A stretch of DNA of 64,000 bases from NCBI GenBank assembly GCA_964016885.1, contig OZ024740.1, positions 61,504,001 to 61,568,000 on the forward strand, given 5' to 3'. The translations under genes were made by a program, and so were the position numbers. Below, piece by piece: positions 23,403 to 37,912 of the stretch. Source of the stretch: Eledone cirrhosa. Its lineage: Eukaryota. The notes beneath the pieces were generated by a model. The model was not told the DNA's origin. It did not search any database and worked only from the letters and a program-made list of their open reading frames with translations. Positions within the stretch are counted from its first letter, which is position 1; each line of letters begins with the position of its first letter.

Positions 23403-26400
23403 CATCATCATCATCAACGTTTAACGTCCGTGTTCCACGCTTGCATGGGTTTGGACGGGGGTAGTCCCACTTGAGGCAAGAGTGATTGTCTTGCTCGCAT
23501 AGGACTATCTGGCAGGTTTTCTACAGTTGGATGCCCTTCCTAACACCAACCACATTTACAGTGTGGGTCTGGGAGGTTTTTACCGTGTTGCCTACACGGC
23601 CACATTACAGCGTGGACTGTGTGTTTTTTTGTCGTGACACCTACACGATCTCATTTGTTTCGGCCCGGATGGCGCGGCACCAACATAACTTTACATAGAA
23701 CGGGGTGGTGTGGATGGGGTGGGGTGGTGGGACGGGGTGTATTTTGTTAGAGATGCCTACTGGCTGTAGTAGGTTTTACTATGTATTTAGGTAAGGCGGG
23801 TCTTCTCTGTTACTGAGTACCGCCAAAGGTCTCGGTCCAGTGACATTGTCTTGGAGAGGTGTAAGTGTGTGAGGTCGGAGTTTATCAGCTCGTCCCAGGT
23901 TTTTCTAGGTCTGCCTATTCCGTGGCTACCGTCTATCTTTATTGCCCTGCACTTTGTTATACAGCTATCGACTTTCATGCGCATCACGTGTCCATACCAA
24001 CGTAGCCTTCTCTCGAGTAAACAACATCTGATCCCTCTTATTTCTAATTTTTTCCTTAGTTCGTTTATGCTTTGCCGTTCACGTATATTACTGTTACACA
24101 TCCAGCGGAGCATGCAAGCTTCGTTCCTCTCTAGTCTGCGTATATCCTCTGCACAAAATGCCCAGGTCTCACTGCCATGCAACATTGCTGTTCGTATGCA
24201 GGCATCATACAACCTGCCTTTCATTTTTAGGGAGAACCCTTTAGCAGCTAATAGTGGTATAAGCTCTCTGAACTTTTTCCAACCAGTTCTGACTCTAGCT
24301 ACTGTACTTTCAGAGCACCCTCCCCCACTGCTGATCTTATCGCCCAGGTAACGGAAGCTGTCCACTATTTCTATAGAACCCTCTGCGCAATTGAAAGAGC
24401 TAGTATTTTGTGGGCACTTGCTGCTACTTATTGCACCAGAGCACCGGCCACATGTAAAATCTATGTTCTTAGTTAGCTTACCTGTGATCCCACTACATCT
24501 TTTATGCACCCATACTTTGCATTTAGGACATAAAATGGAGTTTCTACCTACGCCTTTCCTACACACCGAGCACGACCATTTCCCAGAAGGGACCGCCGCC
24601 TTATTTTCTTTCCTACAAACTAGAACTTTAGTCTTAGCCAGGTTAATTTTAAGTCCTTTTGATTCTAGGCCGTGCTTCCATGTTTGGAATTTCTTCTCTA
24701 GCTCGGCTATTGATTCCGCTATGAGTGTCAGGTCGTCTGCATATAGGAGTTCCCATGGGCAGCCGGTCTTGAACTCCTCTGTTATAGCCTGAAGGGCAAT
24801 AATAAATAGTAGGGGGCTGAGAACAGAGCCCTGATGGACGCCAACTTTTACGCTAAACTCTTCACTATATTCGTTGTTAATTCTAACCTTGCTCACTGTT
24901 TCTTTATACATGGCTTGTATAGCCCTCACAAGCCATTCGTCAACGCCTAGTTTTCTAAGAGCCCACCAGATAATGGAGCGGGGGACTCTGTCGAAGGCTT
25001 TCTCCAAGTCGACAAAAGCTAAGTAGAGGGGTTTACCTTTAGCTAGGTACTTCTCCTGTAGTTGTCGTACAATGAAAAGAGCGTCTGTGGTACTTTTGCC
25101 TGACACAAACCCGAACTGCATTTCATCTAGGTCAATTCTCTCTCTGATTAGTTGCGCTATTACTTTTTCCGTGACCTTCATTACCTGGTCGATTAATTTA
25201 ATGCCTCTATAGTTACTCCTATCTAGGGCGTCTCCTTTACCCTTATAACAGTTAACGATGATGCTGCTATGCCAGTCCTTCGGAACAACCCCATTCTGTA
25301 CGACTTGGTTAACTATGCGGGTGACCATGGTGTGTCCCACCGTGCCAGATGCCTTCAGCATCTCAGCAACTATTTCCGAAGGCCCAGCCGCCTTACCCGT
25401 CTTCATATCCTTGATTGCCTTACTTATTATACTCCCCTCGACTAACACTGCTGGTCCCTCTGTTGGGTCGATATGGGGGAGACTGTCTTTCTCCCATTTA
25501 TTCTCCTCATTTAGTAGCCTTTCATAGTGACACTTCCAAGCTACCTTCTTATCAGCGTCGGTGATGGCAAGTATGCCATCATCGTTAAGTACACACTTCT
25601 CCCCGACAATATCACGGTTTTCCTTGACGCATTGCCTAGCAATCCTGAACACCTCACGTTTTTGGTCCTCGCGTTGTAGAACATGCTTGAACTTTCTTTC
25701 CTCTGCTTCCCTTCTTGCTAAGTACACTTGTCTCCTAGCTTCCCTCCTGGCCACTTAATAGTCTTCTCTACTTCCCCCATCCCGCCATACTTTCCAAGCC
25801 TGCTTTTTGGCCTTAATTGACCCCTCCACCTTACTGTTCCACCACCATGTTACTCTCCTCCTGCCTACAGGCCTGCTCCAGCCACAGACTTCGTCTGTCG
25901 CCATCAGCAGGTTTGCTTTCAGAAATTCCCACTGTCCCTCTATATTGTCCGACTCTAAATGTTCTTCCTTACTGTCGAAAGCATCAAGTAATATGCTTTG
26001 AAATTTATTTCTGGCTGTGGGGTCCTTTAGCTTCCATATTTTTCTCCTGAGGATAGTCCTCTTCTGCTGTCGAGTACGTCTCGTCCTGACTATGAGGTCG
26101 CTAATTATCAGTCTATGTTGGGAGGTGCATTCTTCATGGGGGAGGGATTTAGTGTTTACAACAGACACTCTGTTACGTCTTCTGGTAAGGATATAATCTA
26201 CCTGGCTTGTGTGTTCCCCGGATCTATAGGTGATCAGGTGATTGTCACGTTTTTTGAAGTTAGTGTTACAGATAGTTAGGTTATTTGCATCACAGAATTC
26301 CAGGATTCTGGAGCCTTCCTCATTTCTAGTACCAAACCCATAGCCTCCGTGGATTTCGTCGTAGCCGTCACAATGTTGTCCAACGTGACCATTTAGGTCG

Positions 26401-26602
26401 CCTGCAATAATTATATAGTCACTGTCGGATATTTTGGAGGTAGTTAACATCAGTGTCTCATAGAATCTGTCTTTTATAGTGCCGGGCAGTCCGGATTGGG
26501 GTGCGTATGCAGATATTACTGTCACCGTAGTTCTATTGAGGACAAGTCGTATTTTAATTATTCTGTCGTTCACTCTATTTACATCTATTATCTTATCTGC
26601 CC
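23403..26602 (-). mobile_element. RTE-B, near full length (5'-truncated in APE), one in-frame TAA at 25755-25757
   Basis: Adjacent same-frame ORFs 25755-26726 (APE) and 23787-25754 (RT+PHD); 3' UTR; (CAT)n tail. Confidence 0.95.
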
Positions 26603-26770
26603 ATATATATATATATATATATATATTTATTAAGGTTTGAGGTTCACCACTGTATAGAGCTGGTCTATTCCGTATGGTCAATCGTAATGCAATAATATAG
26701 AGAGTACTCAACGTAAGGCAGTTCAACCGTCTTTGTTTTTGTAGTTGGTGGTGCTATTACGGAGTTAAAT

Positions 26771-27193
26771 ATTATAATGAAATGACAGGAGGCTGGATTT
26801 GTGTAAATCCTTGAAAGGTTTATTAGACTACGATCATTTCAATGACCGGGTTCCGTATGAATCCGGTGATATCATCAGGTATTCGAAATATAATACGTGA
26901 ATGTAATAAATAAAATCCATAGGGCTGAAAATCGAGGACCCGAGGGCGACCGCTATTCTGTTCCTTCAACCTCAGCGAGGGCGACCGGCTGAGGTTGAAG
27001 GAACAGAATAGCGGTCGCCCTCGGGTCCTCGATTTTCAGCTCCATGGATTTTATCTATTACATTCACGTATTATATTTCGAATACCTGATGATATCACCG
27101 GATTCATACGGAACCCGGTCATTGAAATGATCATAGTATAATAAACCTTTCAAGGATTTACACAAATCCAGCCTCCTGTCATTTCATTATAAT
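26771..27193. mobile_element. Palindromic PLE remnant: two ~206-bp inverted arms with an 11-bp spacer
   Basis: 26771-26976 is rc of 26988-27193; each arm holds a hammerhead core; arm start reads RLRLKEQ..DFQPYGF, similar to a GIY-YIG C-terminus. Confidence 0.75.
27082..27139 (+). ncRNA. minimal type I hammerhead ribozyme (mirror copy 26825-26882, minus strand)
   Basis: AUAC-CUGAUGA-imperfect stem II-GAA-AUGAUCAU (palindrome)-A-GUAU. Confidence 0.65.
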
Positions 27194-27196
27194 TAT

Positions 27197-28158
27197 CATC
27201 AACATCATCATCATCAACGTTTAACGTCCGTGTTCCACGCTTGCATGGGTTTGGACGGGGGTAGTCCCACTTGAGGCAAGAGTGATTGTCTTGCTCGCAT
27301 AGGACTGTCTGGCAGGTTTTCTACAGTTGGATGCCCTTCCTAACACCAACCACATTTACAGTGTGGGTCTGGGAGGTTTTTACCGTGTTGCCTACACGGC
27401 CACATTACAGCGTGGACTGTGTGTTTTTTTGTCATGACACCTACACGATCTCATTTGTTTCGGCCTCGATGGCGCGGCACCAACATAACTTTACATAGAA
27501 CGGGGTGGTGTGGATGGGGTGGTGGTGGTGGGACGGGGTGTATTTTGTTAGAGATGCCTACTGGCTGGAGTAGGTTTTACTATATATTTAGGTAAGGCGG
27601 GTCTTCTCTGTTACTGAGTACCGCCAAAGGTCTCGGTCCAGTGACATTGTCTTGGAGAGGTGTAAGTGTGTGATGTCAGAGTTTATCAGCTCGTCCCAGG
27701 TTTTTCTAGGTCTGCCTATTCCGTGACTACCGTCTATCTTTATTGCCCTGCACTTTGTTATACAGCTATCGACTTTCATGCGCATCACGTGTCCATACCA
27801 ACGTAGCCTTCTCTCGAGTAAACAACATCTGATTCCTCTTATCTCTAATTTTTTCCTTAGTTCGTTTATGCTTTGCCGTTCACGTATATTACTGTTACAC
27901 ATCCAGCGGAGCATGCAAGCTTCGTTCCTCTCTAGTCTGCGTATATCCTCTGCACAAAATGCCCAGGTCTCACTGCCATGCAGCATTGCTGTTCGTATGC
28001 AGGCATCGTACAACCCGCCTTTCATTTTTAGGGAGAACCCTTTAGCAGCTAATAGTGGTATAAGCTCTCTGAACTTTTTCCAACCGGTTCTGACTCTAGC
28101 TACAGTACTTTCAGAGCACCCTCCCCCACTGCTGATTTTATCGCCCAGGTAACGGAAG
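27197..28158 (-). mobile_element. RTE-B 3' portion
   Basis: [12 protein letters not shown]...TEKTRLT*; near-identical to 23403-24378. Confidence 0.93.
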
Positions 28159-28845
<687 letters not shown>

Positions 28846-29127
28846 AAATAATAGGGTAAAGGCCTTCTTTGGTCACGAATGACCAAGGGATTTGCACCTA
28901 GAAAGTTCCCCTCCAAAGCACAAGTTCAGGCAAGGTTGTTTGTAGAAGACAATCAGTCACTCAAAGACACACATCTCCCGGTTCATGAATCAATCTCACA
29001 ACCTCACAATTGTGAATTCAACTCTCTAGCCACTAAACCTTGTGCCTTTACACACATATACATATATATATATATATAACCCATGCTGACTTTGGAAAAT
29101 GGACATTACACAATGGTGATGATTATA

Positions 29128-31099
29128 TAGAGAGGCCAGCAGTACAAGTCAGCAGCAACGTAGTAAGGCAATAAAAGATATGAAGACAGGGAAGGCAACC
29201 GGTCCAGCGGGTATAGCTGCCGAGACGCTGAAGGCATCTGGGTCAGTAGGTCACACCATAACCACACAAATTGTTAACCAGGTAATACTAGAGGGTATCA
29301 TACCAAAGGATTGGTGCAGCAACATCATTGTCAACTGCTACAAAGGTAAAGGTGATGCACTAGATAAAAGAAACTATAGGGGGTATAAAAGCTGATGGAC
29401 CAGGTCATGAAAGTAATGGAAAGAGTTATAGCACAGTTGATTAGGGACCGGGTAAAACTAGATGAGATGCAATTTGGGTTTGTACCAGGAAAAGGCACGA
29501 CTGATGCCCTCTTCCTTGTGAGGCAGTTACAGGAAAAGTGCCTAGCTAAAAGTAAGCCGCTCTACCTGGCATTCGTCGATCTGGAAAAAGCCTTCGACAG
29601 AGTTCTCCATGCTATAATCTGGTGGGCTCTTAGAAAATTAGGAGTAAATGAATGGCTTGTGAAAGCTGTACAAGCCATGTATAGAGGAGCAGTCAGCAAA
29701 GTTAGGGTTAGCAATGACTATAGCGAGGAATTTAGCATACAGGTTGGTGTCCAACAGGGCTCTGTTCTTAACCCTCTACTGTTCATTATAGTTTTGTAGG
29801 CAATAATGGAGGAGTTTAAGACCAGATGCCCATAGGAACTCCTATATGCAGATGATCTCGCACTTATAGCTGAATCTATGGTAGAACTAGAGAAGAAATT
29901 CCAAACACGGAAGCAGGGACTAGAAAGAAAGGGTCTCAAAGTCAACCTGACAAAGACTAAAGTTCTTGTACGTAGACGAGAAAACAGAACCCAGATCCCC
30001 TCAGGGAAATGGCCTTGCTCAGTATGTAGGAAATGTATAGGTAGGAACTCCATCCTCTGCCCCAAATGCAAACAATGGGTACACAAGAGATGTAGTGGGA
30101 TCTCAGGAAGCTTAACTAAGAATGTAGGCTTCATATGTAGCAGCTGCGCTGGGACAACAAGCAGCAAATGACCACAAGAAACAAGCAACATCAAACTCTG
30201 GGAGGGCTCTGTAGAAACAGTAGGTAGCTTCTGCTACCTAGGTGACCAAATTAGCAGCAGAGGTGGGTTTTCGTAAAGTACAATAACTAGGGTAAGAACG
30301 GGATGGAAGAAGTTCAGGGAGCTACTTCCACTGCTAGTTGCAAAAGGCTTTTCCCTCAAAATGAAAGGCAGACTGTATGATGCGTGTATACGAACAGCAA
30401 TGTTACATGGTAGTGAGACCCGGGCGCTGTCTGTAGAAGACTTGCACAGATTAGAAAGAAATGAAGCCTGCATGCTCCAATGGATGTGTAATAGTAATAT
30501 ACGCGAACGGCAAAGCATAAACAAATTGAGAGAGAGACTGAGCATAAGAGGAATCAAATTCTGTGTGCAGGAGAGGAGGTTGCATTGGTATGGACATGTG
30601 ATGCATATGAAAGATGACAGCTGCATAAAAAGGTGCAGAGCACTAGAAGTCGATGGAAGCCGCGGAGACCCAAGAAGACCTGGGATGAGGTGATAAAAGC
30701 CGACCTTACCCAATTGCACCTCTCAAGGGTGATGACACATGACCGTGACCTCTGGCGTCACGCAGTAATAAAGAAGTCCCGACTTCCCATGGGAACAAGC
30801 CAAAGCTGAAGCTTATAGACAATATGCCCCACCCCCACCCAATGCGAAGTGGTTGTGGAGGTGCCACGGCAAAAAAGCACCCAGCCCACACTGTAAAGTG
30901 GACGTGTAGGCACCATGAAAAAAAAGCACCCAGCACTCACTGTAAACGAGGTTGGTGTTAGGAAGGGCATCCAGCTGTAGAAATCAAGCCAGAATCAGTA
31001 CCTGTATGAGCAAGACAAGGTCAGCCGACTGGACACTGCCCACAACAGGACAACACGTCTAACCCATCCTAGCGTGGAAGAACGGACGTAAAGCGGTGA
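29128..31099 (+). pseudogene. decayed 5'-truncated RTE-A
   Basis: Fragmented ORFs 29180-30693 similar to the 8965 ORF; RTE-A 3' UTR. Confidence 0.92.
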
Positions 31100-31326
31100 T
31101 ATATAAAACCAAATTATGGTATGAAATAGCGCTATAAGGTTTCATTTACTATTCCATCTGTATACATATTCTGCTATAGAATATGTATTTGGTATATATA
31201 TATACAATATACCAGGTTTCTTTTACGATATATGGCCCTTTCTCTCTATATATAAATATGTTTTAATTTGGTTATCATGGCTCTAGATAAATTTTATTGA
31301 GCTTGCTTATTCTAAACATATTGTTT

Positions 31327-31452
31327 GTGAGTGAGTGAGTGAGTGAGTGAGTGAGTGAGTGAGTGAGTGAGTGAGTGAGTGAGTGAGCGAGCGAGTGAGC
31401 GAGCGAGCGAGGGAGGGCGGGCGGGCGCGCGTGCGTGCGTGCGTGCGTGTGT
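31327..31452. repeat. (GAGT)n grading into GAGC/GGGC/GCGT tetranucleotide repeat
   Basis: Direct inspection. Confidence 0.9.
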
Positions 31453-33975
31453 TTATTACAATTTCTGTCTCACATTTCCACAAAGCATTTATCAGAATGA
31501 TTTCTAAAGCTAAAGCAGAAGTCACTCACCTAAGGTATCACAGTGAGACAGACACTAAAACAATATGGATGTGAAGCAAACTTCTTAATTACACATGTGC
31601 TATGCGCAATCACATTATGAAATTTCAAGTAAGCAGGGAAAAGCAGACATAAAATGATGATGATTTGTCTATATTTGATAAAAATGATTGGTTTCTTTAC
31701 ACAATATTCACGTTGAAATTATTCGTACATCAAAGGGTCAGAAGTGTAACTGAGTGCAGTAGAGTAGACATCTGTTGAACCAGCCAATCAATGAAACCTT
31801 ATGGCATCTCACACCAATGTCAGGTCATGTTTTGTGTTTAGTGCATGTCAAATCATTTTTATGTTACATAAAAACTTAAAATGAAAAATCAGTACAAGTT
31901 AGAAACACCAAGGGAAATAATTACACACTACCATTTCTTTTTTTCTTTTTTTTTTTACTGTTTGGTCGGGGCCACTAAGAGGAAAGTATCCTTAAAACAG
32001 ACCTGACCTGAATGCTTGCAACAGTGTAGGCTCCACTAAAGGCACCTAAATGGCAGGTGGTAGTGTTAATCTGGGATCTGGATTCAATCTACCACCCCAG
32101 AAGGCCCCAGCAAGATTTGAACTTAGAATGCAAGATGCATAACAAATACTGCAAGGTAACTTGTCCAACATTAACAATTCCACCAATCCTTGGCTTGTTA
32201 CTTTATCAAAAACAAAAGGGATAGTGAGCAAAGTTGACCTCAGTGGGATTTCAAATCGAAGAACTGGAGCATATACTACCAAATATTTTGTCTTACATGC
32301 TAATGACTATACATCAATTAAAGATTAACAAGAAAATATAATTGTATTCTGAAGAAACGAATCCTTATAGTAGATGGTGATCATAAAAAAAATTAAAACA
32401 ACAAGCAATAAAATAGTTTTGATATATTATGAATTTCCCTCTAAAAAATATCCAGTTTTTTCTCCTAAAGAGGATGCAGGTTATACAATATGATTTTTAT
32501 TCAATAAATCCCAGTAGGATTTATCCACAAGTTTAGAGCACTGAACTACTGCAAAGAATTTAGCCCAAGTCTAAACTCTCTGCATCTTGGCACTGCATTA
32601 TGAGAAATATACTAGTTTCTCTTTTGAAGTAATATTAGATAAGACAAGACTAACATCATATTTATCACTAAAATCGCCATCATAGTCAGTTTTTCTGCCA
32701 AATTTTCCATATGAGCATGGGTTGACAAGACTTTTTGAGATGATATCCCACACCCAGTAGCTCTTCTTGATGCCAATCCTTTTTTTCTATGTAAGGTATT
32801 GATCTCTGCACACCTAACCTCAGTCTAATTATTTTGATAATCTCAATTGATCATAGTTTTTCAACTCCCTATAATCCAATGAGACACTGCTATATCCAGC
32901 ACAGAACATTCTCTAAGGTATCAGCCACATTTTTGATATTCATAATCACATAATGAGGATCACTATAATTCCCTCTATTTCAATACAAATTGATTACTCT
33001 TAATCAAGCCAAGTGAGTTAAATATCTTCCACTGCAAATGACCAGTTGACTTTAAAGACCAGATCAACTCCATTGTACAATGTGTGTATTGTTTAACTAT
33101 GTTGATTAATTGACCTTACTGCAGATATCTCATTTTTAGATATTAGGGAACCCTAGAAGAAATGTTAGTCTATTATTTGCATGGGTAATCTTAGTGCATT
33201 GACACTTTTCTATGTAATATATTACATATGCAAGACCCCACCATAATAATTATTAAAGAAGTTTTAACAAAGAATATTCCAGTAGCCCAATCAATGGAAC
33301 AGCCTACTCATAACATGAAAATGGATAATTATTCCATAGATATATGAACCCCTAACATAATTCACAAGAAGATTCACTGTGGCAGTCTATAACAAGGCTG
33401 GCCTTTTGAATTAAACATATACTATCTGACAGGCTACCAAACAATTTCTGTCTACCAGATTTCACTCACAATGCTTAGGTTAATCTGAAGTTATGGTAAA
33501 ATGCTATACTGAGAAATTGAACTCGAAAGTTCATGATAGCAAAGTGGACACCTTAGCGATTCATCAATGCTGCATCCAAAGCATTCATTTAAGCACAAGG
33601 GAAAAGTCGATTAAATCAAAACCAGTGCGTTACTGGTACTTTATTTTATTGACCCCGTAAGGATGAAAGGCCAAGATAACATGAGCAGGATTTGAACTCA
33701 GAACATAAAGGGCCATAATTATGCTGCAAAGCATGTCTGAAGCTCTATCAATACTGCCAATCCACTGCCCTATAATTAATGAAATAATACTAGTAATATA
33801 CAAGATTTAATCTAAGCCACTGTAGTTCTCCCTCTTTCTCTTACAAAAGAGAGCCTTGTATCTTAATAAGAAAATTAATATCTATTAGCCAGAACAAAAC
33901 TATAACCACACACACATACACACGTGTGTGTGTGAATGTGTATATACACATGCATACATATATACATACATACAA

Positions 33976-34317
33976 TGGAGGCACATGGCTTAGTGGTTAG
34001 AGCATTGGCCTTGCAATCGAAAGGTTGTGAGTTCAATTCTAAGACCGGGTGATGTGTTGTTTCCTTGAGCAAGACACTTTATTTCACATTGCTCCAGTTT
34101 ACTCAGCTGTAGAAATGAGATGATAGGGACTGGGGTCACTATCATTCCACTGCAAAGTGGTTGTGGTGGTGCCACAGCAAAAAAGCACCCAACACTCACT
34201 ATAAATGAGGTTGGTGTTAGGAAGGGCATCCAACTGTAGAAATCAGCCAGAATCAGTTGCCATCCCACCCTTGCAAGCAGGGAAAAGCGGACGTAAAATG
34301 CTGATGATGATGATGAT
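33976..34317 (+). mobile_element. tRNA-derived CORE-type SINE, same family as 22084
   Basis: Same head/core; tail CCCACCCTTGCAAGCAGGGAAAAGCGGACGTAAAATG identical to the RTE-C end. Confidence 0.87.
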
Positions 34318-34854
34318 ACATACATTGTATCCCTTAATTACAAGTCATAGGGGGTGCCATTGTGATATACAGGGAGTCTTGGGTATTTTAAATCTGGCAG
34401 AGCCCATTCGTTTTCATGGTTTGAATAAAACCAATTTCTTCCAAAGAAAGAGAGAGTGTGAGAAAATGAGAAAAAGATATATAGGAAGAATTAACAGAGT
34501 ACTAGACTGGTATTTTATTTATTGACCTTGAATTGATGAAAAGCAAAGTTGACCTGAGTGAGATAACTAGAAAGAATATTGCAAAACATTCTAACCCTGC
34601 CAATTCAGCACCTTAAAGATAAACAATGGTAGCTAAGCAACCAATAAGTTGTTGGGTGATTATAAATGAAAATTTGTTAGCAGCAGCTGAATGATATGAA
34701 GCATAATTAAAATATATATATACACATACATATATACACACACACATACATATATACATATATATACATACAGATATACATACATATATATATATACATA
34801 TATATATACATACATATATATATACGTACAGATATACATACATATATATATATA

Positions 34855-35511
34855 CAGTGCAGGGCAATAAAAATAGATGGTAACCACGGAGTAGGCAGAC
34901 CCAGAAAATCTTGGGACAAGCTGATAAATTCCGACCTCACACACTTACACCTCACCAAGACAATGTCACTGGACCGAGACCTTTGGCGGTACTCAGTAAT
35001 AGAGAAGACCCGCCTTACCTAAATACAAAGTAAAGCCTACTACAGTCAATAGGCATCTCTAACAAAATACACCCCGTCCCACCACCCCCACCCCATCCAC
35101 ACCGCCCCTTTCAATGTAAAGTTATGTTGGTGCCACAACATCCAGGCCGAAACAAATGAGATCGTGTAGGTGTCACGTCAAAAAACACACAGTCCACGCT
35201 GTAATGTGGCCGTGTAGGCAACACGGTAAAAACCTCCTAGTCCCACACTGTAAATGTGGTTGGTGTTAGGAAGGGCATCCAGCAGTAGAAAACATGCCAG
35301 ACAGTCCACAATGTAATGTGGCCGTGTAGGCAACACGGTAAAAACCTCCCAGCCCCCACACTGTAAATCTGGTTGGTGTTAGGAAGGGCATCCAGCTGTA
35401 GAAAACCCGCCAGACAGTCCTATGCGAGCAAGACAACCACTCTTGCCTCAAGTGGGAAAACTCCCGTCCAAACCCATGCAAGCGTGGAACATAGACGTTA
35501 AACGATGATGA
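34855..35511 (+). mobile_element. RTE-B 3' end with ~110-bp internal 3' UTR duplication
   Basis: [13 protein letters not shown]; TGTAATGTGGCCGTGTAGG...CCAGACAGTCC occurs twice. Confidence 0.88.
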
Positions 35512-35710
35512 TACACATATATATATACATACATATATATATACATATACATATATATATGTACACATATATATATACACATATATACATACATATATAC
35601 ATATATATATACACATATATATATACACATATATACATATATATATACACATATATATACATACATATATATATATACACATATATATATATACACATAT
35701 ATATACATAC

Positions 35711-35741
<31 letters not shown>

Positions 35742-36318
35742 CACTTCCTGTATTTGGGAGCAAAGATTGGGAATACGGAGGATGATGTGGTTGAGAGGAA
35801 GAGCAAGGCCTGGGCGGCGTGCCACAGCTTGAGATCGGTGTGGAAGTCGGACCTTCATAGAGACCTGAAAATCCGCCTCTTCATTGCTGTAGTGGAGTCT
35901 GTGCTGCTGTATGGGTCTGAGACTTGGACACTGACCAAGAAACTCACTCAGATGGTGGATGGGTGCTACACGAGAATGCTGAGGATGGCTCTGAACATTA
36001 ATCAGTATACACTGAGGATGAAAAACTCAGAGCTGTATGGGAGCATCCCAAAAGTCAGCTCAAAAGTGACACAGAGGAGACTGAGGTTGGTGGGACATGC
36101 TCACCGACATCCGGAGTTGACATTGCACTCAGTGCTCCTTTGGGAGCCCCTACATGGACACACTAGAAGAGGAAGACCAAGGTTAACATATGTTGATGCC
36201 CTAAGGACAGACACTGGTCTGTTGGAGATGCAGGATATGGCAGCGATAATGAGGGACAGAGACCGCTGGAGAGAACTCGTCCATGGATCTCGGGAATTTT
36301 ACCCGCCTTAGATAGATA
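35742..36318 (+). mobile_element. 3' fragment of another RTE family
   Basis: [49 protein letters not shown]. Confidence 0.88.
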
Positions 36319-36583
36319 TATATACACATATATATACACATATATACATACATATATATATATACATATATATATACACATATATATACATACATATATA
36401 TATACACATATATATACATACATATATATATACACATATATATACACATATATATATATACATACATATACATATACATATATATACATACATATACATA
36501 TACACATATATATATACATATACACATATACATATACATATATACACATATACATATACATATATACACATACATATATACAC

Positions 36584-36620
<37 letters not shown>

Positions 36621-37051
36621 TACATATACATATATATACATACATATATACATATACATATATATATACATACATATATACATACATATATACATATATA
36701 TACATACATACATATACATATATACATACATACATATACATATATACATACATATATATACATATATACATACATATATATACATGCATATATATACATA
36801 TATACATATATATATATACATACATATATATACATATATATATACATATATATATATACATATATATACATATATATATACACATATATATATATATATA
36901 CATATATATATACACATATATATATATATATACACATATATATATACATATATATATACACATATATATATATACATATACATATACACATATATATATA
37001 CATACACATATATATATACACATATATATATACATATACATATATATATAC

Positions 37052-37106
<55 letters not shown>

Positions 37107-37139
37107 CATATATATATACACATATATATATACATATAC

Positions 37140-37208
<69 letters not shown>

Positions 37209-37209
37209 C

Positions 37210-37274
<65 letters not shown>

Positions 37275-37329
37275 CATATACATATATATACATATACATA
37301 TATATACATATATATACATATACATATAC

Positions 37330-37362
<33 letters not shown>

Positions 37363-37411
37363 CATATATATACATATACATATATATACATATATATACA
37401 TATACATATAC

Positions 37412-37448
<37 letters not shown>

Positions 37449-37569
37449 CATATATATACATATACATATACATATATATATATATATACATATATATATA
37501 CATATACACATATATATATATACACATATATATATACATATATATATACACATATATATATATATATAC

Positions 37570-37607
<38 letters not shown>

Positions 37608-37671
37608 ATACATATATATATATATACATATATATATATACATATATATACATATATATACATATATATAC

Positions 37672-37758
<87 letters not shown>

Positions 37759-37761
37759 CAC

Positions 37762-37793
<32 letters not shown>

Positions 37794-37801
37794 ATATATA
37801 C

Positions 37802-37864
<63 letters not shown>

Positions 37865-37912
37865 CATATATATATATATACATATATATATATACATATA
37901 TATATATATACA
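36319..37912. repeat. ~1.6-kb TA/CA microsatellite
   Basis: Direct inspection. Confidence 0.97.

Noticed and set aside
25755-25757. Programmed readthrough between APE and RT in RTE-B
   Set aside because: RTE-A is open at the same position; most likely a copy-specific nonsense mutation
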